From Takakia lepidozioides (taxonomy: Eukaryota > Plantae > Bryophyta), in assembly GCA_030704615.1 (NCBI GenBank), contig CM060733.1:30504001-30568000 (forward strand): DNA of 64,000 nucleotides, in the 5' to 3' direction. The position numbers and the translations under genes were made by a program. Shown piece after piece: positions 51,831 through 64,000 of this stretch (its first letter is position 1; each line of letters begins with the position of its first letter). The notes under the pieces are model-generated. The model did not search any database. It was not told the origin of the DNA and saw only the letters and a program-made list of their open reading frames with translations.

Positions 51831-52180
51831 GACGGGCTGTGAGGGGCTGTGACAGGCTGTGCCCATGGCCTTTGGGGCTGTGATGGGCTGTGAGGGGCTG
51901 TGACAGGCCGTGCCTGAGGCCTTTGAGGCTGTGAGGGCTGTGACAGGCCGTGCCTGAGGCCTTTGGGACTGTGAGGGGCTGTGAGGGGCTGTGACAGGCC
52001 GTGCCTGAGGCCTTTGGGGCTGTGACGGGCTGTGAGGGGCTGTGACAGGTTGTGCCCGTGGCCTTTGGGGCTGAGAGGGGCTGTGACAGGTTGTGCCCAG
52101 TGGCCTGTGGGGCTATGACGGGCTGTGCGGGGCTATGATAGGCTGTGCCTAGCGGCCTGTGGGGCTGTGACGGGCTGTGA
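51830..52180. repeat. GC-rich minisatellite built from GGGGCTGTGA decamers in ~40-55-bp units
   Basis: Repeated gggctgtgacaggccgtgcctgaggcctttg. Confidence 0.9.
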
Positions 52181-52239
52181 GCAATGTGGAGGTGATAGAA
52201 CGTGCGGCAAAATGAATTCTCAAGTGGGATCGAGAGGAG

Positions 52240-53790
52240 GCAGCTGTCCAACGTCTATGTTGCAGCTGGCAACAGTTCGAGAAATGATGAAGGCCAGAGT
52301 TGTGCAGAAGGAGCCAGGCCACAGCTGCATTGAGCTCAACACCGAAGTGCATACATTCATTGTGGTATTACCAGGATTTTTCTCGGAGTAAGGGAAATGA
52401 CAGAGCTCGCGTGCTCTTGTAGTTTCTGCAGATCAAGCAACGAGCAACAAACAGTTCTGACTGGAGTTTTTCTCAGATGCTTCACAGTGGTGGTTTCATA
52501 ATGTACGTTTTTTTCATCTTGGACATGAAATGATTGACACTGGCCTTTTTATGCACTTGGCTATTTCACTTGGTAACAATAATACTCTTCACTAGGAAAA
52601 GGTAGCAAAAGCACTGCACCCATTTTTCTCGAAGGAGAAGACAACAACGTCCTACTGCTGTAGATCCGTGCTCTAGTTTTAATTCAGATCCTCTGTGTTG
52701 GGAGCATTCAGGATGCGCAGGGAGTGTTCAACAGTATGGCTGACCGAGATTTGGTGTCATGGAATGCCATGCTTGCAGGGTATCGAGATGTTGTGTCGTG
52801 GAGTGCGATGATTGCAGGATATGCACAGCAAGGGTGCGGGATGGAGGCTTTCGAGATCTAGGAGCAAATGTTGCGCAAAGGGGGGAAGCCCAACCACATC
52901 ACATTTGTTTGTGTTTGCAATGCATGTGCAAGCCTGGGAGCTCTGGAAAAGGGGAAAGAGGTCCGTGGTGACATCATCCAAGCTGGAATTGTACCAGCTG
53001 TCATTCTGAACACTGCCCTAGTGGACAGGTATGCCAAATGTGGGTGCATTGTCAGACCTGCACAGGGTATGCACAACAAAGGCGCGGGATGGAGGCTTTG
53101 GAGACCTATGAGCAAATGATGGGGGAAGGGGTGAAGCCTGGCAGCCCTGGAAGAGGGCAAAGAGGTCCGTGGTGACATCGCCAAAGCTGGAATTGTACCA
53201 GATGTCATTCTGAACAGTGCCCTGGTGGACAGGTATGCCAAATGTGGGTGCATTTTCAGATCTGCAATTGTACAAAATGTCATTCAGAACAATACCCTTG
53301 TGGACATGTATGAAGGGAGTGTTCGACAGTATGGCTGAACCAGATGTGGTTTCGTGGAGTGCGATGATTGCAGGATATGCACAGCAAGGGTGCGGGATGG
53401 AGGCTTTGGAGATCTAGGAGCAAATGTTGCGCGAAGGGGCGAAGCCCAACCACATCACATTTGTTTGTGTTTGCAATGCGTGTGCAAGCCTGGGAGCTCT
53501 GGAAAAGGGGAAAGAGGTCCGTGGTGACATCGTCAAAGCTGGAATTGTACCAGATGTCATTCTGAACACTGTCCTGGTGGGCAGGTATGCCAAATGTGTA
53601 TGGCTGAACGAGATTTTGTGTCATGGAATGCCATGCTTGCAGGATATGCACAGCAGGGGCGCCGGATGGAGGCCTTGGAGACCTATGAGCAAATGATGGG
53701 TAAGGGGTGAAGTGCGACCACATCACGTTTGTGTGCATTTGCAATGCTATGTAGCTACTCAGACCATCCACCATTTCCTCAGAGTCTTGA
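52240..53790 (+). pseudogene. Scrambled PLS-class PPR (E/E+ type RNA-editing factor) pseudogene fragments
   Basis: E-domain VREMMKARVVQKEPGHSCIELNTEVHTF; repeats PDVVSWSAMIAGYAQQGCGMEALEI, KPNHITFVCVCNACASLGALEKGKEV, VILNTALVDRYAKCG; stops and internal duplications. Confidence 0.85.
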
Positions 53791-54321
53791 CCATCATGTA
53801 CTGCCAGAGAGGGCTGGAGGATCAGATGAGGGTTTGACAAATTCAACAAAAATCATTAATAGAGGGTGGCTGAACACTGGGGATTCTACTGCTCACATCC
53901 CAAATGTGCATGGATTAACAGGAAGTACAAGTGCTAAAGACTAACAGTAAGACTATTCCAACAAACACTTAATGTCACGATAAAGAGAAACCTTCCCATA
54001 GGTGCAAAGCTTCCATCTTCGCTTTGTGGCCAAGCAGAAGGAAGTATTGGGAAGGGAGTTATGGGAAATTAGGCAAGAAAGGTGTGTCTGTTTGTCTCTA
54101 GAAAAACAATAGAACCATGTACAGTATAACATGTCTAGATCTCAATTGAGACTACATAATTCTTTTCACTGTCATTCCTATGTTTACTAAGACTCTTATG
54201 TGCTATTCTCAATCCTCCTCTGTCATTACAGTATTGTTGTAACCTGGGCAGAGAGCTATTCACACCTGATCCTCCCAAACAGAATTATAGTAGGTACACA
54301 ACGTATTTCTCTCCTCTCTCC

Positions 54322-54480
54322 TGTTCCGCTCAAACAAGGCTATGGCAAGCAAACAACGTCTCTCTCTCCTTCTTTCCTGTTCCTCTCAAACAAGGCTTTG
54401 CTTGTAATGTCTCTTTCTCCTTCTGTCCTGTTCCGCTCAAACAAGGCTTTGCTTGCAATGTCTCTCTCTCCTTCTCTCCT
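54322..54480. repeat. Three ~54-bp tandem repeats
   Basis: tgttcc.ctcaaacaaggct..g...gtctct.tctccttct repeated. Confidence 0.8.
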
Positions 54481-54833
54481 GCAGTTCAAGAAGTTCAAGA
54501 AAATCAAGAACATTGTGTGCCACCCGATGGTTCTGGGGTCAAATCCTGCTATTTTTCCTATCACTATTAAGAGGCTTGATTTGTGAGCTGTCGCTCTCAG
54601 GTGGTTTTAAGAACTGTCATCAAGCTCTGTCGTAGGTTGATTGAATTGTAGGGATGAAGATAATAAAAGCCTAAACCACCAACTTCCGGGGGCGATTCGG
54701 AGGTAAGAATTGAAAGGAAACCAAAGTTCAAATGAGCCTACTGCTCAACACACACACCATCGAGGGGACAATGGGACAGTAGAAGAACGATCATGAAGGA
54801 TTGAACCCAGGATCACCCTGGTTATGCACTCTA

Positions 54834-55549
54834 TTCAAAGTAGGGGGGGGTCTGTTTTCATAGTTTACATGAACCTCACAAGGAGGACTGATACCATAAT
54901 TCACAGCAATCCCATCAGATGAAGGGCCATGCAAGGAATAGCACCATGACATCTTGCATCAAAAGAGCCAAGTGCTACCTGATTTGACCCAATATGGAGG
55001 TTATGGCACTTGTTCAAAGCAGGGGGGGGTCTGTTTTCACAGTTTCCATGAACCTCACAAGGGGACTGATACCATAATTCACAGCAATCCCAGCTTATGA
55101 AGGGCCATGCAAGGAACAGCACCATGACATCTTGCATCCAGAGAGCCAATTTCAACCTGATTTGACCCAATATGGAGGTCATGGCACTTGTTCAAAGCAA
55201 GGGGGGTCTGTTTTCACAGTTTACAGCCAGCTTACAATGGGGGACTGATACCATAATGCAAAGCAATCCCAGCAGATGAAGGGTCATGCAAGGAACAGCA
55301 CCATGACATATTTCATCCAAAGAGCCAATTTCGACCTGATTTGACCCAATATGGAGGTCATGGCACTTGTTCAAAGCAAGGGGGGTCTGTTTTCATAGTT
55401 TACAGCCACCTTACAAGGGGGGACTGATACCATAATTCAAAGCAATCCCAACAGATGAAGGGTCATGCAAGGAACAACACCATGACATATTGCATCCAAA
55501 GAGCCAATTTCCACCTGATTTGACCCAATATGGAGGTCATGGCACTTGT
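54834..55549. repeat. Four tandem copies of a 178-179-bp unit
   Basis: Unit starts ttcaaag at 54834, 55013, 55191, 55370. Confidence 0.92.
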
Positions 55550-56872
55550 CTCAAGCTAGCTACTGTGCCAGAGTGGGATTTGACTTCCTCAACTGTAGTG
55601 GTTTCTGGAACACTCACATCATGAATGAGTAGATTTAAACACTGCAGTTCATTCAGTATCTGCCCAACACTTAATACTACACTGTAAAACAATTAATGAT
55701 GGTGTCTACCATGTAGGCAAGTCCCTGCAAACATTTGCTACAACAGATTCAGTCAATCAGACTCCCCTACTACTAGAGTTCACATCACATGGCTGTCAAC
55801 CAGTCTGTCAGAAAAAACCTTGAACTTAACTAGGTAGCAAAAGAGGTGGAGCTAAACATTGTGAGGTCTAAGTACTAAAACACACAACAAAGACACCAAT
55901 TTCCACCTACTGTCTTGGTACCATTCATCAAGAGGGGGTGTTTCCTCCTTTGTAATATCCATACCATGTAACACAAGTATTGTTTTGGTTCCCTGCCAAA
56001 GCAGACAGCCCAGTAGAGACTTAAATTGACCACTGCACATACAGATCAAGCCCCACCTTAGAACATAATGTTTTAATCTCTCCAACTCAAACACGCCCCT
56101 TGAATCCCAGTATGCCTAAGCATTTTCTCCAAATCAGAGAAGACCTCAACACACAAGCATATTATGACAATTGCTTCTTCACGGAGTCATTCATTGCAAT
56201 CCAAATGCTCCAGCAACTGCTCCAGCCTTTGCACAGGATAGAGAAGGTCAACATGACCAGCACCTTCCACGTCACTTACACACATATACGCACAAAAAGA
56301 ACTTGCCTCAAGGCTGAAATGGGTCTTTTTGTTATGGAAATCACTTTGTGCACACCGGACCACTCTGTCACAACTATAATTAGGTCAGCTGTGGTGGCCA
56401 TGAAGAGATAGAGACACATTTTAAAATTGTGGGTCTATCACTGTGAAATCCAAGGCTCATTACAAATTCATTTTGTACAAAGCAGTGATCAGGCAACAGT
56501 CACTTACAGTAGGGTACTTGTGATTTGTGTCTAAGTTTTCAGTCACTTGGACTTCCCCTTTGACGTCCCACGTTTATGAGGTTGAGCAACAGCACGGGTT
56601 GTCTTTGCTATAGAGATCCCTTGGACGCAGACTTGGCCATCATTTTCCTTACACAACAATTACCTTGGTGCAGACTAACATTTTCCAAAAACTCAAGAAA
56701 TGGATTTTGCTTCATCCAATCTGGTTGCCAAAAGAGTATAAAGACAAATATCAGCTTTCAGAGAGCAGATTTTTCACTTTATGCAATTTCTGCGGGCAGC
56801 TAAGTGACCTACACTAATGGTAGCAAAAATAAGATTTGAATATAGACAAACAATGAGCAGTCTCTACACCAG

Positions 56873-57800
56873 TCACTTGTTTGCCTCAATGAATTCGCGG
56901 TACTCCCTTTTCATTTTGACACCAGCTATATGCCTGCAAACAAGAATGGCCCAGTTCAGCATAACTAACATCGTGCCAAGAATTACCTTTGCCAGCTGTT
57001 TCAGTCTCAGATAATAATAGAGCTTCGGCTAGTGCCCTAGCTGTGTTTACGTGGCTACACTCTAAAACAAAACAGGGGCATTTGAACAGTTGAAGTGACT
57101 TGTGCGTTATAGAACCACTTTAAGCCTGTATGACCAAAAACCAGCATGCAGCCATCTTTGCCTAGACTATGCTGAGAAGGCTTGTATGCTCCTCTCCCAT
57201 GAATAAAGCTTGACACCATGGCATTCTTCATCCTTCTTCAGATGTCCAGGCAGTATGCAAAACAGCCTGAGGTCTGCACCTTATTAACAATATGTTTGAG
57301 TGTTTGGCAAGGCCCGCAAGTAGGTGAAGTGTACAGGACCCCAAGCAACCGAGGGCTCTCATGATACAGTTTCCTTAGCGCGTACTGTATAAAAGGAAGA
57401 CAATTAGAGGACTCTTTGATGGATACAATACTACAAAACACTGATGCTTTATCGGACATTTACTTTCACTCAAACACAATGGACCCACCTCTCAGTTCAT
57501 GCTCAAATCAAAGGCTCTGTTGCGTTGAAATCGATAAAAAGAAGAGACAGGTCATCAAATCACCATCACTCGTACAGTGACTGGGCCCTAAACTTGCTGA
57601 AATATGTTCACTACCAAAACTAAGAGGACAACGTTCAGTCTATGATCACAGTTGTCCAGCACAGCGTCATAGGCGATTAAACAGTAGGGCAATGAATGAA
57701 TGAACACCACCAGGCTACAGTATCACGAGAGCGACATGACCTCTTGGTTACCTGAAGATCTCCGGTAGCATATACACCCTCCACTGACGTATCAGTGCTG
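56873..57800 (-). pseudogene. NTRC: Partial NADPH-thioredoxin reductase C relic (three exon remnants)
   Basis: TSVEGVYATGDLQ|gt (ends 57752); [35 protein letters not shown] (57280-57384); HIAGVKMKREYREFIEANK* (56873-56933); intervening and upstream exons not found. Confidence 0.8.
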
Positions 57801-58320
57801 TTTTTCGATTTTTTCCTGTTGCCACATTGGCAGTAACATGTTAAGATCACTCCAAAACCACCATAGATCCACCAACGAGCTACCATGCAGAGTTCAACAT
57901 CGGAATTTAGGGACGACTCCGATAACAGGATCTCAGGGCCGAGTTTCATGAGAGGTAAAACAGGCTGAAACAGGTCGAAGAAGAAGGTGCCCTCACCACA
58001 TTGCGTGAAACCCCTCCGCGCTCGAGCACGCCCTTCCCCGCGCTGCTTTTCGGGCATTTCGGGCAGGTTCCAAAGAAATTGACGACGACGATGACCTGGC
58101 GACGATGACCTGGCACTATGGCACCCTATTCCTGCTCTACGCTAAACTAGCTTCCGACCTTCGGTCGTCGCTAGAATTCCCAGTACATATTTTATGTGTT
58201 TTATGGGCTGCAGCCGACCTGCTTGCCCAACAGACTGAGCCGCAGCGGACCCTCCGTCGGGTAGGGGAGCTCCCACCCTTTGTGACCCTCTCTGCTACGC
58301 ATGGGCCCCACCGTAAGCAC

Positions 58321-59080
58321 CAGTGTTGGGCGGGTATTACTTTTTCTAATACCAGCCGGGTCCGGGTATTGAAAAGAAATTAATTTGCAATACCAGCTGG
58401 TTCCATAGTATTGAAAGATTCCCTTCATTTTAATACCCGTCGGTTCTCAATAGTAGTATGATTTTTGATTTGCGGACGGGTATCAATAGGATGGGTATTC
58501 CAATCTAATACCAGCCGGTTATAAACCCGGGTATAAATAATAAAAACTAAAAATAAAAATAACCACTAAATCATTAATATGTATTGAGTTTAGAAGATTT
58601 CAGTTGATTTCACAATGAAATTAATTATTATGTTGCAAAATTCAGTCTTTACATTACATAATAACAGCGTTGCAGATTTTAGTATCCAAATTGAAGCAAT
58701 CTTAGTTAAAAGAAGACTGATTGCAACCACATAAGCCACCCTACATGTGCTAAAAAAAATAAAGAATAGGGGCGGGCCCGGCCTACATGTGGTAAGAAAT
58801 CAAGCATAGTGGCGGCCCTTGGGGTTGGACATGCCCTCCCTGACATGTGCACCCTCTTACCCTGACCCTTGACATATTGTGCACCCAACCAATTTCCTAT
58901 TCATACCATGGTATAGTCCTTGTTTTCGCCCATAATACGGGTATGCACCCGGGTATTGCCTTGGCAATACCAGCCGGTCCGGTTATCGACCATAGTATTG
59001 GAATTGCCAATACCAGCCGGGTTGGATATTCAATTCCCTGGTTGATACCCGGCCAGACCCTACATACCAGTCCAACACTG
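58321..59080. mobile_element. Non-autonomous hAT element/MITE, 760 bp
   Basis: TIRs CAGTGTTGG(G/A)C(G/T)GGTAT; 8-bp TSD GTAAGCAC (58313-58320, 59081-59088); subterminal ATACCAGCCGG repeats. Confidence 0.92.
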
Positions 59081-59082
59081 GT

Positions 59083-59266
59083 AAGCACACGCGTGCGCAT
59101 TGAAGACGCTATTATCTTTCAATGAGAAGTGGCGACAGCGGTCCTTGAGGAGGGGGAAAAATTAACCCCATTGCAAGCACACGCGTGCGCATCGAAGACG
59201 CTATTATCTTTCCATGAGAAGTGAGCCCACAATTTAGGTCCTTGAGGAGGGGGAAAAATTAACCCC
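59083..59266. repeat. ~92-bp tandem duplication
   Basis: aagcacacgcgtgcgcat.gaagacgctattatctttc.atgagaagtg...ggtccttgaggagggggaaaaattaacccc occurs twice. Confidence 0.85.
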
Positions 59267-60819
59267 CTTTATTTATGGGCCATGAATAGGACGATCAACG
59301 TCACGAGCAATCCCACACACAGGGCAGGGCAACGGGTTTGAACCCCAGACACCAGCTGAGCTACCAGCCAATGTACAATGGTATTCTATTCTCTCTTTCT
59401 TAGGCTGTGCTCATGCGTGGTTATTTAAAATTTTACTAGGGCTTCGCGTTGCTCCGCACTACTAGCTACGAATTCTGAGAACTGCGTTCAATTTTTCATA
59501 AAAAAAGGGGTTGGTCATCCCCACGGTGTTACATGCAGAGATCTCGTCTTTTGTTTTTTCTGGAATAAAAATGGCGGATCTGCATTTCAATGTTCAATTT
59601 TCACAAGCTGCACTAATCAATAACAACATACCCGACCCCTATGAGGCTGCTGTTCTCAATAAGCTCATACACTAGTATTGCCATGGGAATGCAGGTGAAA
59701 TTTTGCTGGGGTTGACTATCACTGTTTTGCTCCAGTGTACTGTAGATGGTAGTTTGGAAGTCCGAAGAAAACAAAACCTTGATGTAACAGTTCAGGAAGA
59801 TTTGAATTCATCAATCTTCATAAACAAAGCGCCAGGCATCTTGGGAAATGGTAGTGTCTGGGAATCACTCTCACTTTTGGGGCTTTCCACATTCTCTTCT
59901 ACATACCTCTTCAACCAAAGTTCAAACAGTATATACAATATTATTGGTTCCTTCATGCCTCAGTAACTGAATGTCCACACCTACTTCCTCTTCTTCTGCT
60001 TCGGGTTATGTTTCTTCTTGCTTTTCTTAACTTGTTTAGTGGGACCACTGGCTAAAGGTGCCACAGTTGCTTTGCCCATTTGTTCCAATGGCACTGTCAT
60101 GTCAGAAGCTTGTAATAGATTCCTCAGCTGCTTTCGATCATCCTCCAATGATTTCTTAAGCTCTCTCACTTGCTCTTGTAACCAGTTCAGGTCCGCCTTC
60201 TTGTGCACTTCACACCTGCAACCGTCCATATGGCCATTTGTAATGGCAAGACAGGTCAGAACAGAACCACATATCTGGTATCTTTCCAAGGTTGGTCCCA
60301 CGGCAGAACACCAGCCATCAACTGCTCTGCCAGCTCCATACATGGTTATGGAGTCTTTGAATCCAGTGCAAACCTAGTGAGACGGATGAGAGTAGAAGAC
60401 TGTTTCCCTAGTATTCATACCACCACTCCAAGAGCCAGTTGTTTCGCACGCCACATTATGGAACCCAGCCGGAAATGCCTTAGTGCTGGCTGCGAGGCGA
60501 TAACAATAAATGATAATGTACTTTACAATCTACTTATGGGGTTGATTTGGTGTTCATGTGAAGGCAGGATTGAAATGGAGGATGCGAGAGGAGTAAAAGA
60601 AATCCTAGAATTATAGGAAGAGACAAGGAACTATATAACATCCATGAGAAGTTCAAAGGGCTTTTGAGATAGAAGACAAGACTGAAATGAAATGGCACTT
60701 AATAACGTCCACAGAAAGCTCAAAGAGCTTATGGGACAAAAGGGAAAAACAAGAAAGAAGAGACAAAGATTAAAATTCACTTAGGTCATGTGAGCTCATG
60801 GGACACAATAGGAGAAACA

Positions 60820-63800
60820 GATTATACTCATAAGACGTTGTTTGCCGTAGCCTTGTGGCCATTGACCCCGCGCCCAGTTTGAGCGGGAACAAAAGGGACA
60901 GAACCTACCTGTCAGGGGCTAACATTGGTAGTAAGACTTACCTTCTCGAGGCTGGGCTTTTGGCTCAGCCTCGAGACTTTCAAAGTTGGTAAACAGGGGT
61001 ACAGGCACAATTCCCTTGATAGAGTTGAAGAGAGCGTCTCTTTGGTGAGAGAACCCCGGACAGTGTATCAGAAAATGAATACTGTCTTCAGATTGCTACC
61101 CCACTGCCACTTAAGATCGCTTTCTCCCTCTCCTCTGTCATTGAATGCTACCACTGCACATTTGCTGACATTAGCCTCTAGCCCCCAAAGATCAAAGTAT
61201 CTCTTCGCGCAATCAATCAACTCCTGGAGATTGGTTGGAGTCTCCCCTATGCCTGCAAAGTCATCCGCAAACATAAGGGCTGGTATGGTGGTATCACCCA
61301 CCCTTAACCCAAATCCCTCACTTTCCACATCCTCGAGGAGTTGATTGATAAAAACATTGAAGAGCAGAGGGGAGAGAGTACATCCTTGAGCTACACCTTG
61401 GTCTATGTCAAAGAAGTTGGACTTCTGTCCGTTAACAGTGACACAGCTTTTGGTGTGAGCATACAAGTTGTGGACAACTCTCAACATCTTTCCCTTGATC
61501 CCACAAGACCAGAGGCGGAACCATAGGCCATCTCTCCACACTGTGTCATAAGCCTTTTTGACATCCAGGAAAAAAACATAAGTGGGTTTCCCTTCTTTTT
61601 TCCTTCCCTGGATAATCTGGCTTAGAGTGAAGATATGATCCACACAGCCCCTGTTTCGCCGAAAGCCAGCTTGGCCTTCGTGGAAACAACCTCTAGACTC
61701 CAGATCAACCTCGAGACGAGTACTTATAACTCTGCAGAATGTCTTGCCAACAGCATTGAGGAGTGTGATGTCACGGTAGTTCCCCGGTTCTTCTCTGTCA
61801 CCCTTCTTGTATAGATTGACAATGACCCCCTGATGTCACGGTAGTTCCCCGGTTCTTCTCTGTCACCCTTCTTGTATAGATTGACAATGACCCCCTGTCG
61901 CCAGCGAAAGGGGATCATTTCAGTCTTCCAGATAAGGTTAAAGAGGAGAACTAGGGCCTCTATCATGGGATCGCCACTGTGCTTGATAAGCTCGTTGACA
62001 ATACCATCAGGTCCACCAGCTTTATATCCATTTAAATGTTCAATTGCTTCCACAATCTCAGAAGAACTAATGGGAGCGTTATAAGCCATTGAAATATACT
62101 CCAGTTCATCAGGGCTGTTGTGAATCATAGGAACAGTTTTTCCAACTGTGTCCCTCCATTCAGCAGAAGACCCCTCACTGTTAGACCTAGAAGTTCTGCC
62201 AAGGATACTGTAGTGATTTTCAAAGGTTTTGACAATGTCAACCGATGAAGTCACCACTGCACCTTTAGTAGTCTTCAGCGCTTGTACTTGCTGACCGTTT
62301 TTAGGCTTGTACAAACGTTGAAGGGCCAACCAGAATTTCTTGTCATTACCACCATGGTGGTTTGAGTTTCTTTCACTGTATAACTTGTCCCAGTATAATT
62401 TCTTCTGAGACCTAACAAGCTGATTGATATCTTTACGGAGCTGGTAGTACCTCGCCCACAATTCTCTGTTGGTTTTCAAATTGCAGCACTCTTTATAAAG
62501 GGCTCGTCTCTCAGCTATCTTGAGTTTGATCTCATTGGTCCACCAATTAACAGCTCTACCGCAGACAATTAGTTTCCTCCCAATGATCTTGTCAGCCACG
62601 GAGGAAACGAAACTCTCCCAAGAGTCCACTGCTCTTTCGACTTCATTTCTTGCATTGTCAGAGCGAGACTGAAGTTCTTGGAGCGATTGGACAAAATGAG
62701 GGAGAGCCTCTTGCAAGGCCTGGACGTACTCAGCCTTGACCTCCTCATTATGGAGTTTTTCTATGCGCCACTTCCGAATCGAATGTTTCACAGATCTCTT
62801 GGTGTTGGGAAAACACCTTTTGATCTCACTCCAAACCAGGAAGTGGTCAGAGGTACCAATATCAGTTCTGTCGATCAACACATTGGCACACTGGGGAAAC
62901 AAATTTTTGTCCATTATGATATAGTCCACAATGGAACGTTCCCCAGTTTGGGATTACTCACGAGTCCACTGCACTTGGTCACCTGTTGTCCTGTTATTCA
63001 AGGTCAAAAGCTGAAGCTCTTCCAGACAGTTAATTAACCGTCTGCCATTAGAATTCAGCTCGTCCTCGCCAAAAGGCCCAATGATATCGTCCTGATGGAG
63101 CCCTTTGCCCACCCGGGCATTGAAGTCACCCAATAGCACTACCTGACCTTTGGCAAGGAACGAAGCACAGTCCAGCTTTACATCTTCGAAGGCTTTGTCT
63201 GCGTCAGCACTAAGGGTCCCCTCTGTGGGCATGTAAACACAACCCACAAAGAGGTCCTTCGTACTCATGCCGCCCTTCAGATTCAGTTTTAGCCAGATAC
63301 TATGCTCGTACCTCAAACCCTTGTTGATAATTTCACAATTATCAAACAAGAAATCACGGACAAAGAATCCAACCCCTTTTTGACCCCGTTTGGCAGAGGC
63401 TGCCTTGAGAGTACACATCCTACCTGCCCATTTATAACCATTGACATCTCCAACCAGTTTATCCGATGTTTCCCATGTTTCTTGCCCAGCACAGATATAA
63501 ATATCATTAGTCCGAAGGACTTGTCCCACTTCGAGTTGTTTCCTTTGGTTAGTAAGCCCTGAGAAGTTGAAAGTGGCCAGCCGCAAGCCAGCCCTTTGCA
63601 TGTGAATTGTTTGTCGTCTAGGTAGCTTTTGATTGCTCCTGGACGGCGAACCGTTCTGCAAAGGGGGAACAGTTACCCCATGTGTAGATTTTGCTCGTCT
63701 TGTGTAGACTTTGAGAATTGGTAAGCCATTCAGGGTACCAAATCCTTCGGTTACACGACGCACAGGCTCCGCACACTTAGGGGCATATTGTCCATCAGAC

Positions 63801-64000
63801 TGCTTGGGGAAAATTACCCCGTGTATAGATTTTGCTCGTCTTGTGTAGACTTTAAGGATTGGTAAACCATTTAGAGTACCAAATCCTTCAGTTACACGAC
63901 GTTCAGGCTCTGCACACTTAGGGACAGATTGTCCATCTGACGGCTTGGGGACAATTACCCCGTGTATAGAATTTGTTCGCCTTGTGTAAACCTTGAGGAT
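60820..64000 (-). mobile_element. LINE non-LTR retrotransposon (APE endonuclease + RT), disrupted; continues beyond the window end
   Basis: APE motifs ATFN, GQETW, GDFNAR, DYI, SDHFLV; RT motifs KAGGPDGI, NYRDITLL, QAGFR, LDVKKAYD, GVAQGCTLSPLLF, MFADD; 65-bp duplication 61766-61897 shifts the frame; apparent deletion near 61080. Confidence 0.92.

Noticed and set aside
51757-52251. 164-aa minus ORF
   Set aside because: Translation of the GGGGCTGTGA minisatellite
59640-60400. Coding fragment with coiled-coil/lysine-rich segment on minus
   Set aside because: Possibly a pseudogene exon, but no family recognised and stops interrupt it

Overview
Eukaryotic nuclear DNA, most likely a seed-free land plant (bryophyte-like). 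This is inferred from spliced plant genes, PLS-class PPR relics, an NTRC relic and the TE types. A small gene island at about 11.4-23.3 kb holds two divergent intronless bulb-type lectin genes, a minus-strand polycistronic snoRNA cluster and a 7-exon secreted protein gene (At1g70160-like family) sharing a bidirectional promoter with the cluster. The rest is dominated by mobile DNA: a very young full-length chromovirus Ty3/gypsy element (25665-32636), an FCP1/NIF-phosphatase pseudogene with an intronic array of 8 palindromes, a Sola1-like DDD transposon, a hAT MITE, a LINE and several relics and tandem repeats. The standout is a degenerate Ty3/gypsy element (about 38.9-46.8 kb, minus) whose polyprotein has a DNMT3-like cytosine-5 DNA methyltransferase between protease and RT, plus a PHD finger after integrase, i.e. 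a retrotransposon carrying its own chromatin writer and reader. All calls are from manual reading of the sequence; no searches were run.
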